A DNA stretch of 64,000 nucleotides from Eledone cirrhosa (Eukaryota). The position numbers and the translations under genes were made by a program. The notes beneath the pieces are model-generated. The model was not told the DNA's origin and did not search any database. It worked only from the letters and a program-made list of their open reading frames with translations. The stretch covers positions 16,926,001 through 16,990,000 of the forward strand of contig OZ024751.1 of the NCBI GenBank assembly GCA_964016885.1, given 5' to 3'. This document shows positions 1-14,212 of this stretch, one piece after another (position 1 is the first letter of the stretch; each line of letters opens with the position of its first letter).

Positions 1-283
1 TATATTATATATATATTTATATATTATATATTATATAATATATATATATATATATATATTATATAATATATATATATATATATTATAATATATATTATAT
101 ATATATATATATATATTATATATTATATATATATATATATTATATAATATATATATCGAATTCTATAATATATATATATATATTATATAATATATATATA
201 TATATTATATATATATTTATATATTATATATTATATAATATATATATATATATATATATTATATAATATATATATATATATAT

Positions 284-322
<39 letters not shown>

Positions 323-617
323 ATTCTATTTTTCCATCAACTGAGCGTTCGACTCGTAAATTATCGTATAGGCTGGTAATTATTCCCACAGATAAATGTA
401 CTTCGCAGACAGAACCGACGCGACTAATCAGGTGACGACAGTCGATCCATGAGTTGCACACGTATCTAATCTGTTGGGTTTCCAACCCGAAAACCGAATT
501 GAACAGAGCAAGTTTGTGTTTTACGCCTATATCCCTTCTTCTGATTACTGAATACCAACACTTACCTATACTCATGAATGCTGGGTAATGACCGAAAGAA
601 TACGTTCGCGAATACAA

Positions 618-990
618 ATGTGATTACTCAGAAGGGTCATTGTAGTAACGTTACTCGATAAAGTGCGTAGCTCGGAGACTAGATATTCACCCCAGGTAGA
701 GCTGCTGCTATTTCTCCAAATTGAAAGATCATAGCTCCGATACTATGGGAATGTCTCCAACACATGGGAATGTCTCAGGAAAGAATCGCTGGACAGATTT
801 TACTGGGAAAAACCAACAGGAAGGAGACCCAGGAGTAGACCTCGAGCAAGATGGTTGGATAACATCCATGAGCTTAGTGGTGTCGCTTGGGGACCTAATG
901 GAACCAGGCGGAGACTGTTGCTTCTGACAGGACCCATTGGATTGAGTGTTTGAGGACTCTACCCTCATGACGATCTCAGGGTTAAGTGGG
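618..990 (+). mobile_element. Degenerate RTE-clade LINE, ORF C-terminus and 3' end
   Basis: Translation across stops/frameshifts gives LLRRVIVVTLLDKVRSSETR..VELLLFLQIERS*LRYYGNVS..MSQERIAGQILLGK.PTGRRPRSRPRARWLDNI, matching the RTE C-terminal pattern 'IERSQLRWFGHV.RM...R.P..GRRPRGRPR.RW.D'. Confidence 0.8.
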
Positions 991-1835
991 TGAAGAAAAG
1001 GAAGGTTCTCCAGTGCAAATTCTGTTACTGCAATTTTACTCAGACTGTATGCGTAGACCCTCGGTTATATTTAAGACACTTGCACAAGATGCCAGCAGAT
1101 AGGATAGAATCCGTTATCCCATAATTACAAAACCAACTTTTTAAACTTCCAGACATATTGTCGTCCAATCATACCAAAATGCGAAAAGAAAAACATACAT
1201 ATTGATTCCTTCTGACCGAATTATTGCCTGTAAAGAAGTGGAAACCTTATCAACGTAGAACATCGAAAAAGATGAGAACTATGCAAGCCATGCGTTATGA
1301 GAGTAAAGGTGATACCAATAATATGTTTTATTGGATGTGATAAAATAAAAATAGGATGAGCTTGACATAACGAAAAATAAACATCGTGCGATAAATTAGT
1401 CCTACTTGGCAGAGAATCATACGTCCGTACGAGCTACAAGACAATCAATACATCTCACGCACAGCACACTCTATGAAATCACCTACCAATACTGTGACCG
1501 CTTTCGAATTGAAAAAAGAAAAAAAAATGTTAAAGCGAAACAAAACAACACAACACAATACAAAGTTATATAGGAAATCAGACCGCACAGTTGAGTAAGC
1601 TAAATAAAACAGAAGCAGGCGTTACCTCGTGATTTAGAATTTAACATCATAATCGCGTGGTTCTGGAAATTCACACACGTACACACATACACAAATCGTT
1701 GATCTAGTAACTCCAGATAAAGTCGTAGGGTAGCCGTAATCAAGTACAGCGTTTCTTGGGCATTTTAAGCCTGGTTGAACCCAACCCTCTCCAGGCCTGA
1801 GTACAGTAGATTTCTTCCAGTGAGAGAGAGGAAAT

Positions 1836-2016
1836 GAGACAGTGATATAGAGGAATAATCGATTCCAGTACTAGACTGGTACGTTTTTTTATCGAACTGG
1901 AAATGATGAAAGACAAAGTTGACCTTGGCGAGATTTGAACTCAAAGAGCAGAGAATCGGAACGAATAGCATAAAGCATTCTGTCCGACGTTCTAACGACT
2001 CTGCCAATTCACCGCC
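1836..2016 (-). mobile_element. tRNA-derived SINE (family A), diverged
   Basis: Reverse strand reads ggcggtgaattggcagagtcgttaga...gagttcaaatctcgccaaggtcaactttgtctttcatc, the same head and body as 5367-5557. Confidence 0.8.
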
Positions 2017-2199
2017 ATACCTACACATATACATTTATGCTTGAAACATGTATTTATGCTTTCAGGCCGACATGATACAATGATAGCCACTAACATTATA
2101 TATATCTATCTATCTATCTAAGGCGGGTAAAATTCCCGAGATCCATGGACGAGTTCTCTCCAGCGGTCTCTGTCCCTCATTATCGCTGCCATATCCTGC

Positions 2200-2446
2200 A
2201 TCTCCAACAGATGGTGGATGGGTGCTACACGAGAATGCTGAGGATGGCTCTGAACATTAATCAGTATACACTGAGGATGAAAAACTCAGAGCTGTATTGG
2301 AGCATCCCAAAAGTCAGCTCAAAAGTGACACAGAGGAGACTGAGGTTGGCTGGACATGCTCACCGACATCCAGAGTTGACATTGCACTCAGTGCTCCTTT
2401 GGGAGCCCCTACATGGACACACTAGAAGAGGAAGACCAAGGTTAAC

Positions 2447-2448
<2 letters not shown>
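2200..2448 (+). mobile_element. RTE/RTEX-like LINE ORF C-terminal fragment
   Basis: ORF 2145-2474 contains DGCYTRMLRMALN...NSELY..PKVSSKVTQRRLRLAGH..RHPE....LLWEP.HG..RRGRP, a typical post-RT region of RTE-like LINEs. It ends in (TA)n. Confidence 0.8.
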
Positions 2449-2478
<30 letters not shown>

Positions 2479-2505
2479 GTATATATATATGTATATATAT
2501 ATATA

Positions 2506-2879
2506 TAGAAGTGGTTACACAACAGTTAGTTAACCATATAGTGAACAATTGTTTCACCTTAGCGGATCCTCAGCTCGTAATGGACATAGTTATACGGAAC
2601 AGGAAGGACAACCGTACGAACGCGCAGTTATCTCCCTTACACCTCCCGCACGCTTTTTTGTATTGCCTGTGTGAAGTGACGGTTACTGCGCATGCACGTT
2701 CGTACGGTTGTCCTTCCTGTTCCGTATAACCATGTCCATTACGAGCTGAGGATCCGCTAAGGTGAAACAATTGTTCTCGGTATGGTGAACTAACTGGTGT
2801 GTAACCACTTCTACCTAACACGTCCCTTGGACTGAGTGCCCTGCCACTACGGATATTACCTTCCAGTGTTCTACCACTA
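2506..2879 (+). mobile_element. Fold-back PLE-like terminus (family H1) in (TA)n
   Basis: Inverted arms at ~2506-2612 and ~2698-2813, with a ~65 nt tail only on the + copy. Flanked by TA tracts. Relatives at 34345-34420, 34705-34870 and 51525-51560. Confidence 0.7.
2742..2779 (+). ncRNA. Minimal type I hammerhead ribozyme motif
   Basis: CGAG-CTGAGGA-TCC GCTAA GGT-GAAA-CAATTG-T-T-CTCG: helix I CGAG/CTCG, helix II CC/GG, palindromic helix III ACAATTGT, GUU triplet. Confidence 0.75.
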
Positions 2880-2908
2880 TATATATATATATATGTGTGC
2901 GTGTGTAT

Positions 2909-3249
2909 AAAGGTAAAGATCCCCTTCGGTCACGAATGACCATGGGATTTGCACCGATAAATTTTCCCTCCGAGGCACAAGTCCGGGCAAGGTTGTTTGT
3001 GGAAGACCACCATTTGCCCATGTATAGCAACCTCCCCTCTCCACACCACCGATGATGTCCAAGAGAAAGGCAATGGCCGACATAGCTTGATACCAATGAC
3101 GTCGCAACTCATTTCTACAGCTGAGTAAACTGGAGCAACGCGAACTAAAGTGTCTTGCTCAAGGACACAATGTATCATCCGGTCCAAGAATCGAACTCAC
3201 AACTTTCCAATTGCAAGCCCAATGCTCTAACCACCAAACCCATGCGCCT
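2909..3249 (-). mobile_element. tRNA-derived SINE (family B, CORE-like central domain)
   Basis: Reverse strand has an A box (ggtttggtggttagagc), a B box (gagttcgattc), the CORE-like tgtgtccttgagcaagacactt, and a 3' end gatctttaccttt. Confidence 0.8.
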
Positions 3250-4657
3250 TTTATATATATATGTATCTATATATGTATGTACGTGTCTATAAACATACAC
3301 ATTAATAGAAATTTGTTTCCTCGTTTATCATTGACGTTTTTCTAAATAAATAACAGAATGGCGGGTGTACATAGAATCATGTACAATATTTAATATATGA
3401 ATTACTTTCTTTATGAAGCAGCAGGTAATGTTTTTCTAAAGATATTCATCATTGTACGTGAAACTGTATTTTAATGAAAACCGACCATATTTTGCTTAGA
3501 ATATGCTCATCCCATGTACACAAATACTACGATATCCTTCATTCCTCAAGAGGTTATTATAATATCAACAGTGGATTTGTGACTTAACGTTGACTGCAAT
3601 TCATAGAATTGTTTTGTAGCTTCACAAAAATTCATATTAAAAAATGGTATATTAAACAATGCCGATGCAACAAGGAACTGAACCAAGGTGACATAGTAAA
3701 TAATAAGGCTGCGATTTCGAATAACAAGCGCAACTTATCCGATGGGCATCTATAGAGTTTGCATTTACCCAAACTCACTTACTACGCATGTGTCAGCTAA
3801 TACTATGATAAAGAATATTTCTCAAAATCTTTCGAAGTTGAACCTAAGACGAGATCTCTTGCTGGGAAATGGGAACATTCTAGAATGTGTAGTCTCTAAA
3901 AAAGAAACGGTTAAGACTTCTTTAACTCTGGGAATTTTCCGTCCGTCATAATGCTCTTCAGACGTAAAGCTCAGGTAGCTTTATTTTTGTGACATAAAAC
4001 ATCGAGTAGGGCAGGTAGGTTTTTCTGAAGCTTTGTTAATGAGAATTAATTCGTATTTAGTAAAGAAAAGACCAGGTTTATTTATTTAAACGTTTTCTTT
4101 CTGCTAAAACACGTTGACGGTGTTTTGTGTCATAGCAACATAGCAAGCTTTGGAAAGACTCATTTTATTTCTATCCTCCACAAACTTACACTAGTAGACA
4201 TAAAATATTGTGTGGCATATTTATATATGCAGGTATATCTTTCTCTCTTTATTTCTATATACGTTACACACACACATATACACACACAAACACACATATA
4301 TATATATAACCACACATACACATGTATATATAACCACACATACACACATATATATATAACCACACATACACACAGATATATATAACCACACATACACAAA
4401 CACACACATACACATATATATATGACCACACATACACATACATATATAACCACACACATATATCTATATCTCTCTCTCTCTATATATATATATATAACCA
4501 CACATACACATATATACATGTGTTGTGTGGTTGCTTATATAAGTAGTTAAAATTTATAATAAATAATAATCATATATATATATAACTAAGGAGGTGTGGT
4601 AAGGAACCAGATGGACCATGACGCACCAGAGTACTCAATATTTAGGGTAGTAGAATT

Positions 4658-4697
<40 letters not shown>

Positions 4698-4791
4698 GAA
4701 ATACTGTTGGCTTCACGTTCACAATAATTTCTATACTTATATATATATATATATATATATTAATAAATATAGACATTCATGTGATCAAATA

Positions 4792-4859
4792 TATTTTATT
4801 ATACAAATATTTCAGAGATACTGAGCTATTTCAACAGTACGTCCTCATCAGATAAAATA
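4792..4859 (-). ncRNA. Type I hammerhead ribozyme motif
   Basis: Reverse strand: TATTTTAT-CTGATGA-GGACGTACTG..CAGTATCTCT-GAAA-TA TTTG TA-T-A-ATAAAATA. Perfect 8 bp helix I, ~9 bp helix II, 3 bp helix III, intact core, AUA triplet. Confidence 0.75.
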
Positions 4860-5081
4860 AGTTGATGACTGACATACCTTAACTATGTTGATGGTTATAA
4901 TTTAGTCATGGCAGAGATTAGTTATGACAAAACTCGATATTTATATACTTTAAGTTGAAACATGAAAAACTACATATAATACAGAGGGTGCGTATGAGAA
5001 TGAATGCGTAAAAAGATATATAAATAATTAATAATATATAATACATAAACTTATATAACTGTTAAAAATTTAAATAATTTC

Positions 5082-5114
<33 letters not shown>

Positions 5115-5121
<7 letters not shown>

Positions 5122-5250
5122 TAAAATAACAGTTTAAAGTTTAAGCAAAAAATCGCTGCTTTCACCCTTAACGGTTCTTATATTTGATATATATTGATCC
5201 TTATCGAGCCCTCTTTGGATTTTAGTCTTCAAATTTATTATTATTACTAT
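5115..5250. mobile_element. Short inverted/truncated copy of PLE-like family H2
   Basis: 5115-5174 is the reverse complement of 15781-15842. It is joined at 'acgg' to the same tail as 15849-15927. Confidence 0.7.
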
Positions 5251-5366
5251 ATATATATATGCATGTGTGTGCGCATGTGCGTCTGTAGTTGTGCGTGCTG
5301 GGGAGTTGTAATCTTCGTTCAATAAAATAGAACATTTATCAGTATGTATAAATAAAACATTATATA

Positions 5367-6241
5367 GGGCGGTGGATTGGCAGTATCGGTAGAGGGTCGG
5401 ACGCCATGCTTTCCAGCATAGTTACGTCCCTTTACGATCTGAGTTCAAATCCCGCCGAGGTTGACTTTGCCTTTCATCCTTACGGGGTCGATAAAATAAA
5501 GTACCAGTAATGAACTGGGTAATTGCTGGCCTTGTGCCTAAAAGTAGAAACAATTATATAGATACAGATAAATACAAGCATACCTGCACTTACACGTACA
5601 TATACACAAACGTGGGCGTACGCAAACCGCTTTGTTTGTGTGTGTGTGGATTGGCAGTATCGTTAGAGGGTCGGACGCCATGCTTTGAAGCATGGAGTTA
5701 CGGGCCTTTACGATCTGAGTTCAAACCCCATCAAGGTTAACTTTACTTTTCATCCTTACGGAGTGGATTAAATAAAGTACCAGTAATGCAGTAGGGTAAA
5801 CTGCTGGCCTTGTTTCCAAAAGTAGAAACAATTATTACAACGTTGGCTTCAGTGCATAATCACGTGACTGCTCTCTCTGATTTCAAATCTGGGCGAAGAC
5901 AAATTTACGAACGACATTACAGGTTTCTTTGTCTGTTTGAAAGAGCTTTACAAAAACATCTCTTCGTAAAACAAACATTGGCTTATTAAACAATGCCAAC
6001 CTCCACTGATATCACTTTTTTTTTTATCGAATATATCATTACTGTATTTTCTTCATTATTGGCAGTATCGGTAGAGGGTTGAACGCCATGCTTTGCAGCA
6101 AAGAGTTACAGCCCTTTATGGTCTAAGTTCAAATCCCGCCGAGGTTAACTTTGCCTTTCATCCTTACGGGGTCGATAAAATAAAGTACCAGTAATGTTCT
6201 GGGTAATTGCTGGCCTTGTGCCAAAAGTAGAAACAATTATT
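5367..6241 (+). mobile_element. Three same-orientation copies of tRNA-derived SINE family A (5367-5557, 5646-5836, 6058-6241)
   Basis: Each has an A-box-like ggattggcagtatcggtaga, B box gagttcaaatccc, central gcctttcatccttacggggtcgataaaataaagtaccag and tail gtagaaacaattat. Confidence 0.85.
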
Positions 6242-6289
6242 CATTTAAAATATATACATATATATGAAACGGTTTGCTAGAAACACATC

Positions 6290-7775
6290 CACACAACCAT
6301 ACAACAGACTAACAGACTAATACAATCACACATCGATAAATCCATACAGTCAGGCAACGAGACCTCCATACAACTTTACCACACAACCTCACAGCCATAC
6401 AGTCACCCAACCACACCTACATACATCCATACAACTTTACAACACTACCTCACAACCATAGTCACACAAGCACTCCTCCATACATCCATACAACTTTACC
6501 ACACAACCTCACAACCATACAGTCACACAAACACACCTACATACAACCATACAACTATACCACACAACATCCCATCCTTACAGCCACACAACGGCACCTC
6601 CCCACAACTATACAACTATATCAAAGAACCTCACATCCTTACAACCACCCATCCATACAACCATACAGCTATACCACTCAATCTCACACCCATACAGGCA
6701 CACAACCACACCTCCATACAACCATACAACGACACCGCCATACAACTATACGCCACAACCTCACAACCATACGAGACATCTATACAGACATACAACCACA
6801 CAACGACATCGTCATACAACTATACGCCACAACCTCACAACCCTACAAGACATCTATACAGACATACAACCATACAACGACACCGCCATACAACTATACG
6901 CCACAACCATACGAGACATCTCTACAGACATACAACCACACAACGACACCGTCATACAACTATACGCCACAACCTCACAACCATACAACGAGACATCTAT
7001 ACAGGCATACAACCACACAACGAAACCGTCATACAACTATAACGCCACAACCTCACAACCATACAACGAGACATCTATACAGACATACAACCACACAACG
7101 ACACCGTCATACAACTATACGCCACAACCTCACAACCATACGAGACATCTATACAGGTATACATACAACCATACAACGACACCGCCATACATCTATACGC
7201 CACAACCTCACAACCTCACAACCATACAACGAGACATCTATACAGGCATACAACCACACAACGAAACCGCCATACAACTATACGCCACAACCTCACAACC
7301 ATACAACGAGACATCTATACAGGCATACAACCATACAACGACACCGCTATACAACTATACGCCACAACCTCACAACCATACAACGAGACATCTATACAGG
7401 CATACAACCATACAACGACACCGTCATACAACTATACGCCACAACCTCACAACCATACAACGAGACATCTATACAGACATACAATCATACAATGACACCG
7501 CCATACATCTATACGCCACAACCTCACAACTTCACAGCCATACAACGAGACATCTATACAGGCATACAACCATACAACGACACCGCCATACAACTATACG
7601 CCACAACCATACAACGAGACATCTATACAGGTATATAACCATACAACGACACCGCCATACAACTATACGCCACAACCATAACAACGAGACATCTATACAG
7701 GTATATAACCATACAACGACACCGCCATACAACTATACGCCACAACCATAACAACGAGACATCTATACAGGTATA
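6290..7775. repeat. CAACCATA-derived minisatellite with ~77 bp higher-order unit
   Basis: Unit caacctcacaaccatacaacgagacatctatacaggcatacaaccatacaacgacaccgccatacaactatacgcca recurs (e.g. starts at 7288 and 7365) and is more degenerate at the left end. Confidence 0.9.
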
Positions 7776-8080
7776 CATAGGAAACAATGCTGCAATAGAA
7801 ACATTCCAATCATTGTAAATCTGTTATTAAAGTGCTATGACTTACTAATTCAGCTGTTCAGCGATCGGAAGTATTGGTTATCAGTTATTCGCCATCTAAT
7901 ATGCAATCTACATCGATCTTCACGGAACCCTTCCATTCAAAAGTAGCTTGTAACGTCATTTTCAATTCAGCCTTTACGTGTTATTATCTACGAATCTAAT
8001 TATTCATTTGTCTGACTATCGGCTCTTTGTTCACCTAACAATTTCTTTCTCTTCTCTGTCGGCCATAGTATTGTGTTACG

Positions 8081-8144
<64 letters not shown>

Positions 8145-8816
8145 GTATGTGTTTTTGTTGGAGGTGAGTTGTTGATCTTGTTTTTCCTCTCTTCGTCTTT
8201 GATTAATGTTAACTCACCCCTTAACTATCTATCCGTCCGGCCATCTATCCATCCATCCGTTTGTCTGTCTATCTGTCTATATATCTATATGTCTATCTGT
8301 CTATTTATCAATCTGTATATTTATCTATCTGTCTATCTATGTATCTGTCTATCTATCTGTCTATATATCTATATGTCTATCTGTCTATTTATCAATTTGT
8401 CTATTTATCAATCTGTCTATTTATCAATCTGTATATTTATCTATCTGTCTATCTATGTATCTGTCTATCTATATATCGATTTATCTAACTATATGTATTT
8501 GTCTATCACCTCTCTCTTTCTCTCCCTTTCTATTTATCCATGGATGTATCTATCCATCTATCTGTCTATCTATCTATTTATCCATGGATTTATCTATCCA
8601 TCTATCTGTCTATCTATCTATTTATCAACAGACCAATATAATCATCTGTTCTGTGGGTATATAAGTATAGATATGTGTATCAATTCTCTATATTTTACTC
8701 CCATCACATAGCTATGCAAAGATATCTGCATAACCAGTCTGTTTTTATAAATACTAACGCGAAAGTATGTCTGTTCAAAATATATGCTATTTCCAACATA
8801 ACATGTTCATGGCAGC

Positions 8817-8851
<35 letters not shown>

Positions 8852-8913
8852 GTGTGTGTACATATAGATACATGGCACACACACATATATAAATGTATAT
8901 ATATATATATGTC

Positions 8914-8954
<41 letters not shown>

Positions 8955-8970
8955 CATGACATATATATAC

Positions 8971-9008
<38 letters not shown>

Positions 9009-9029
9009 GAATGTATATATGTATATATA

Positions 9030-9614
9030 TATACATCCCTGAGGATGTCTGTCTGTGTGTGTGTGTGTCTGTGAGTTTGACTCCCTAAAACTCGAGAAGT
9101 ACCCAACCGATATTTTTCAAACTTTACAGGTGTATTACTATGTTTCAGGGAGTGTTATGCAAATAAAATTCAACTTTTTTATCTCCTAGGGCTCGCATTA
9201 GGTGAACAACTGCGTTTTTTCAGCTTTTTATGGTTTTTTTGAGGCGTTATCTCTGACCGATTTCCTTGAAAATGTAACTATGTATTAGTCAGTCTCTACT
9301 TCATACCGTGAGCAAAGAAAATCCAACTTTTTTATGGCCCAACTTTTTTAGGGCTTTTTTCGTCTAGCCGATTTTCCTGAAATTTCAAGACATATTATGC
9401 ACATAAATAAAATTTATTTTCTTGATCCTCTAGGGTGAAATCCTGCATTTTTCTTGCTTCATCGAGGAAAATCTTAAAGATTATCCAGCCATCAGTGTAT
9501 TGAGTTTATTTTCTTTACATATTTTCCAGGCATGCAGTATTTCCACGATTAGGTCTATTGGCGGCCCGCGTTCCAAAATATCTTATCCCGTGCAACGCCG
9601 GGTACCACTGCTAG
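9030..9614 (+). mobile_element. Non-autonomous Helitron-like element
   Basis: 5' gtctgtctgtgtgt microsatellite head. 3' hairpin cccgtgcaacgccggg followed by ...gCTAG|T. Confidence 0.7.
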
Positions 9615-11059
9615 TATATATATATAAATATATATAATGGACTCTCCCGTCAATCTCGATGTAAAAGTGTCCTGCAACTTTAGCTTTGTCAGTTGAGGAT
9701 ATCCATCCTTGGCGTGGCAGTTAAATACTCTTAAATACAGCCACATACAGAGCAGGAACCTATGTTACAAGACAACATAGCCGGTACTAAAGAGATGCTT
9801 TTGTCTTCATTCATGTCTTCCTTAGCTGTTAGAGATGGTGAGGTTCTGTAGTTTTAACAGCCCTATAACACATCACTCACTAATTCTTTCGATCCTGAGA
9901 CACATGCTCAAACATCTTAAAAATATGCCATTTCAAGATTACTCTTCAGCTCGTCTCTATACCTAAGCCTCGGCCTTCCTACATTCTTTTTATCACTTTG
10001 AAGCTGACCGAACATGAAAACATTATGTATTCAATTGTCACCCAGTCTGATAACATGACTAGATGCTCGTAATTGGGATTGACAGAGGAAAGTTTTCGTG
10101 TCTTCAATTTTGAATTTCGTGAAAACATCAGCATTTCATGTTGATGATGATGATACCATTAACCGCGTCTTAAATAGGGTGTCCCATACGTGATCAATCC
10201 GGCTTTTAGATATAGCAACCCAATGACTACTAAGTCAACTCTATTGTCTGATAAATATATACAAAAATATTATGCCACGAATAATGTCACTCATAGATAC
10301 ACACCATGCCTGAATATATGACAGGAATTATGGCTGATATGCCTTTGATCTTTATAGTTCAGATATTTGATCAATCATGGCTGACCCGGGTGAAGGTGAG
10401 GGGTAAGAGGGTGTGGTTAAACAGCAACAACAAAACCACAATTTTACATAATCAATATAATCAATATAGAATTCTTAACAATATTCTTTGTGAAGAACCT
10501 TCTGTAACATTTTGCTTTTGTTTATTCGAAAAATAAAGAACGTGAAGAGAAACATAGCCAGACAGCTATGGCGCATACAGTGAAGGAACACATACACGCA
10601 ATCACAAAAGCACACAAACAGACATAATTACATACATATGTTTGTATGTATATGCTCATGTATGTGTGTATATATGTATGTGTATATATGTATGCATGTG
10701 TGTATGTTTGTAGGTGTGTGTGTCTATGTATGTGTTTATATATGTATGTGTTTATATATGTATGTGTGTATATGTATGTATATATGTATGTATGTATGTA
10801 TATAACTATGAATGTGAGGTGTTACTTTTTAATTTTCCTCAATAGAAAGACGGTTTCTAACACAGAAACGTGACTCTTTTATTGGAAGTTTGACATTACC
10901 TATGAAATTGGATACGTGTCTCTGTATGTGTTGGTAAGAATGTTATTCCATGCTTAGCGATGTATGTTTAGTTATTTATGTTTTGGGGTTATATATGCAC
11001 ACATATATACATATATGTTTTTATACCTATACGTTTGAATATATAGCCATTACATAATA

Positions 11060-11800
11060 AATACTGGAATGTGTTACATAGATTTATAGGTTCGTTAATG
11101 GATTGTACTTGAAGTTTCCTAACTAGTCGTATTTTTTATGGTTCTGTGAAGACCAGCTTTTCAAGATTTGTACAGTTAGTAACATATCTCGGAGCCCCAA
11201 TAATCACAGGTATAAATATGAAGATATAGTCACCGTGGAGTATCTTCAGATTCGTCATTAGTTCCGCATAGATGTTCTCCATTTCGCTAATCTTTAATAT
11301 GCTGGCCAGTTGATTTCCACGACTGTGCATGTATTCTTTCTCCTGTCCCATATCACTATATCTGGTCTGTTATACTTGCATTTTATTAAGGTATTTACTG
11401 GAATATATGTATATATCTTCCACATTGTTGTAAATGTTAATGTTTATTGTCATGGCCATCTTTTCTGCGAATTGCATCGTATAGTGTTTTCGTAACTACA
11501 TCATGCCTCATAGGTACATAGTACCGTGATGACATCTTTGGGAAGCTGCTTATGACATGTGTGTCATCCTCGGTCTTCTTTCTGCAGAATCTGCATTTGT
11601 TGTCAAATCTCGGTGTTTTGCCTGCATCCCTATCTCATTTGTGAATCAGATACTTTGTATTGATTTCCTGTTCTTGGATTGCAAAAGAATATCCTCCAAA
11701 GTGGGAGCCACTATAGCAATTGTTGGTCCAATATATACTTTGGAACCTCCCATGCATAATGTTTGGCTGATAAGTCCGGTGAATGTATTGCAATTTTAAT
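11060..11800 (-). mobile_element. Degenerate RLE-type LINE (R4/Dong-like): CCHC knuckle plus PD-(D/E)xK endonuclease
   Basis: Reverse translation gives SHFGGYSFAIQEQEINTKYL...KCRFCRKKTEDDTHVISSFPKMSSRYYVPMRHDVV...CKYNRPDIVIWDRRKNTCTVVEI...IPVIIGA, with frameshifts. Confidence 0.85.
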
Positions 11801-11935
11801 TAAATAATTCCGCCTCTTCATTAAGTCTGCCATGTTTGTTATTTCAGAGATTTACATGGCTAAAGAATTCTAAATTTAATTCATGAGATCTATGTTCAGT
11901 TGAACGATGGACTGTATCTACAGTGTATAAATGTA

Positions 11936-12120
11936 TGGTCAGTAGAGCGTCGGACAACATGCTTAGTGACACCGAGTTACGGCCCTTTACGTTATGAGTT
12001 TAAATCCCGCCAAGGTTAGCTTTGACTTTCATCCTCACGGGGTCGATAAAATAAAGTACCAGTAATGCACTTTGGTCGAGTTAATCGAATTTCCCTGTGC
12101 CTAAACCAGAAACCATTAAT
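11936..12120 (+). mobile_element. SINE family A, diverged
   Basis: gagtttaaatcccgccaagg...actttcatcctcacggggtcgataaaataaagtaccag. Confidence 0.8.
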
Positions 12121-12597
12121 TTCTCATGAAATTAACGAAATTAATTATAAGACGCAATGTGTATTTGTTTATTTAATTAGACATCCGTTTGAAATGCTTC
12201 ACCATTTACATGGGAAAAACATACGCGCACACATAAACATTGTAATTTCTACCGTAGTGATGTCGTTGAAATAAGAAAATCTCTTTTCAGTAATGAAGTC
12301 CTTGAACATATATGAAAATCATAAATAAATTACTAAAATATCATTCTCATCAAACAATTTACGAAGCCGAATTCTCGATACAAAAGTGCTGAGAACACAG
12401 GACGCAATCTTAAAAAAATTATATTATATTCACGCTTGGAGGAAGTGGTATATATATATATATATATATATATACAATAGAGAGACAGAGAGAGATATGT
12501 AAAATCCCGACAGCGGTGCCAAGCTGTTTCAGTTCAGGAAAAAGAGCCAGGAGCCCGACGGCTGAACTCCGACCGTTTCGATAGCTAGGTCTGAACT

Positions 12598-12629
<32 letters not shown>

Positions 12630-12632
12630 TAT

Positions 12633-12760
12633 GTAAAAGGTAAGGTAGAAATAACAACACAATCGGTACAGTATATGGAAAGGATATATTAGGTTAACGC
12701 TTGATATAGCAGAAAGAGGGTCTTAACGTTTCGGACGCTAGTCCTTCATCAGAAAAAATG
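12633..12760 (-). ncRNA. PLE-like 3' terminus (family H3) with minimal hammerhead at 12721-12756
   Basis: Reverse strand: TTTT-CTGATGA-A GGAC TAGC GTCC-GAAA-CG-T-T-AAGA. The downstream tail (tcaagcgttaacc...tgtaccgattgtgttg...ttttac) is shared with 62535-62657 and 45123-45196. Confidence 0.7.
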
Positions 12761-13144
12761 ACAAATAAGATACATTGAGGGGACGGGCGGGTTTTAATAG
12801 GAAAAAATGTCTTTAGATAAAAATAACAGTTCTATTCATGTTGACATCTCTTTCAAAACTGTTGATGCTGCCGTTTTGTGTATGATTTGTTTTTTAGAAA
12901 AGTGGACGATCAAGCGCGTCTATCTGAAATGGAAAACAAAAAAAAATACACGTTTAGTTAAAAGAACTATATAAGCATAAGTGATCATAAAAGAAGTTGA
13001 CTTCCGAGCAGCCGTTGGCAACCTCGTTTTACATGTTTTAAGGGTTTTCACCCTATTGTATAAGCTATTTTCATAGCATCTCTGAAGTTGAGCATATCAT
13101 TATATATAAATATGCTTGGTCCGTCAACCCTTATCATATATATA

Positions 13145-13722
13145 TATAAGACGTAAAATAAAAAAATTATAGTAATTAACTCATTTACTTAAATTTCACT
13201 CCAACTAATTAGTTTCTGAAAGGGGATATACATAATTTCCAAATGGTGACCATGGAGAATCGTTTCTTCATCGGGGAGTCATTCTCGGCTAATATTCCTG
13301 GCGATTCGCAGACACAGGGATCGAATACAAAAATAATTCAGTGGATGGAAGAAAGCTAGCGTGGACTAAATCCCAAGCCATTGAAAATTTCACCGCCTTC
13401 CTGGTCAGTGGTAAATTCAAAAGAATCAATCACGTGACATCGAGGTTAATCAGTGAGGAGTGGGGTGTTAAAAAGACAGTAGCCAGGCTTAATACTATGA
13501 ACCATAGCAGTAATTTAGGCAAATTTTGCTCAACAAAATAATTTGGAGTTAATTATAAAAAATTAGTATATTTACCAACATATTTATACATATGTATATT
13601 TACGCTAGCAAAGATATAGGTTTCGTCTTAGTAACTTTGTGGTTCCATACAAAGAGATGTAGAACAATTATATAAAAGACGTAAAATAAGAAAATTATAG
13701 TAATTAACTCATTTACTTAAAT
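13145..13722. repeat. ~50 bp direct repeats bracketing ~480 bp of unique sequence in TA context
   Basis: aagacgtaaaataa(a/g)aaaattatagtaattaactcatttacttaaat occurs at ~13148 and ~13676. Confidence 0.75.
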
Positions 13723-14212
13723 ATATATATATATATATATTTATCCTTATCGAGCCCTCGTAAATTTCAGTCTTCAAATTTATTATTATTACTATATATA
13801 TATATAGATCATTCTTATCTTTGGACATTTGTCCGTTACTGTTATCAACTCAAACTATAAGGCTTCTCCTACGGAAACCATTAATGTATTAAAATAAAAA
13901 AAAAATAAAAAAACAGAAAAAATGGCACTTTATATATGTGTTTATATGTGTGGTAATCTTGGTGTATATGGTATATCTGTTTTGGAATCCAATTTAAGTT
14001 TAATGATATACACTGTCATAGTTAACAACACTGTCCTCTATTAAAATATTTAAAAAACCAATATATATATCAGAAACAAAGACAAAGATACAGAAGGCCA
14101 GTAAAAAATGTAAAACTATTCATTAGATCTCATGAAACTTGTTATCATAACTCAATTAAAAGTGTCTCGACTACTTCACAAATATCATATATAATTCATT
14201 CAATGACTCTCA

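Noticed and set aside
5367-5470. tRNA gene
   Set aside because: A/B boxes are followed by a SINE body and tail, there is no cloverleaf, and the sequence is multicopy.
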